Shown: piece after piece, positions 62,812 to 64,000 of the stretch
Layout of the letters: the number at the start of each line of letters is the position of its first letter
Position numbering within the stretch: position 1 is the stretch's first letter
Assembly (NCBI GenBank): GCA_000320545.1
Contig: ADNK01000904.1
Coordinates: forward strand, 62,001 to 126,000
Length of the DNA stretch: 64,000 nucleotides
DNA from: Bigelowiella natans CCMP2755
Lineage: Eukaryota; Protista; Cercozoa
Reading direction: 5' to 3'
Notes under the pieces: model-generated
What the model was told of the DNA's origin: nothing
What the model saw: the letters and a program-made list of their open reading frames with translations, nothing else
Database searches by the model: none
Made by a program: the position numbers and the translations under genes

Positions 62812-64000
62812 ATGGTATCACTCATCATAATGACGGTTCTGCTGTCATTCGCAGGTAACCAATCGTTATTTTTTATAAATTTATGTCGGTGTTAGATCCT
62901 ATAACTCTGCTACATTTAGTCCAGCCAATTCCCCTTCAACCAAAGTCGATGCTTCGAACCAGCAGGCGAAACCTGGCAACTAAACTTTTTAGCTCATCGT
63001 TGCAAGTAAAGCAATCGAATTTGAATAGCTTCATACCTCTGAAGCACTCAAATCGGCACCAAAACGTAAAGAAGCGGGACTTGGGCATTGGCACACATGC
63101 GTCAAATGGGCGGCGTGAAATACTTCGTATTGGCAGCCTGTTGAGTGTTGTAGGTGGGGTTCAACTGAGCTTAGGTCGAAGACCAGCTTACAGTAAAGGT
63201 AACCAACAACCTTGTTTTCTGCGATGATGGGGTTCTACAGTCTTATTCAAGGTTTTGAATGCTTGTTTGTCAAACTATACAGAGACTGAGGAGCCTTTCT
63301 ACTTCGACTTTGACGAAGGCCATCTTGGTAAAGCGGATTTTAATGCCAGAAATTGTGGTATTTTTAATGGTTTTTATAAACAGCGGCGTTGATTCCTCCC
63401 GGCTACACTAACGTTGAGAATGAAGTGGTAAGAGGACTATGCAAGTATATATGATGGAGACAATAATCCACACAAATTTAGGGGCAAAGTAACGAACTTC
63501 CCACGTATCTCATGACTCCAGACGCGGTAGCGCAGAGGGAATTGAAGAAAAAGGTGCTCATGTGCTCGATATGAGGCCGTGGCTTCATTTACAGTTTTCT
63601 ATCAGAATAAACACTATCGTAGAACGAAAGTGAAACTGATGGCCATATAAATGAATCAGAGCTTCCAGCAATTGCGAAATTCTAAGTCAAATTCCTCAAT
63701 AATATTCACCACGTAATTCATTATTTTGTACTCACAGTACGCATCTTTACTCATAAGTTCTATTTGTTACTATCTTCGCTTCTTCAAATACATCGGATTC
63801 AGAACTCCGTGCTCATCTTTTAAGATCTCTTTTACTCGCGTGAACGACATTTCCGACTATGGAACACTCACGGTCATTCTAATGCCGCTCTAGTCATGGT
63901 TGCTGTTCGTAATTTCGACCATTAACAGGAGGTTGGAAAATATGTGCTACCCTCTGTGCTAAAGGATCTCAGGTGTTTGCCTACATCTTGAAATATGTAT
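62812..64000 (+). CDS. Partial gene: candidate thylakoid-lumen protein with tripartite leader, running off the window
   Basis: MVSLIIMTVLLSFA (signal peptide), intron, VQPIPLQPKSMLRTSRRNLATKLFSSS (transit-like), GRREILRIGSLLSVVGGVQLSLGRRPAYS (twin-Arg Tat-like). Confidence 0.55.

Overview
Intron-rich eukaryotic nuclear DNA from an alga with a secondary plastid. Signal peptide plus transit-peptide-like leaders and a thylakoid-type tripartite leader suggest a chlorarachniophyte-like organism (inference). About 18 mostly spliced protein genes can be traced by hand: LRR protein, EDR2-C/DUF1336, atypical SDR, HIBCH, sulfotransferase, CREST-family membrane hydrolase, a multi-domain PHD/bromo/ET chromatin reader, TKL kinase, USP47/USP40-like deubiquitinase, amino-acid transporter, GH16 beta-1,3-glucanase, and several unknowns. 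No rRNA, tRNA, CRISPR array or intact transposon was recognised. Two signals stand out. (1) Intergenic spacers are strongly depleted of TpA except inside CTAG, while CpG is retained; 42781-43774 has 6 TpA, all in CTAG. This suggests a targeted TpA->TpG/CpA (A-to-G, 'reverse-RIP') mutational process. (2) A four-exon gene largely missed by the ORF track encodes ribosomal protein eL41 behind a 115-aa signal/transit-like leader ending in a ubiquitin-tail mimic (LKIRGG|MRAKW...), a candidate periplastid-targeted precursor matured by a DUB-like protease. Exon boundaries were read manually; many gene ends are approximate.
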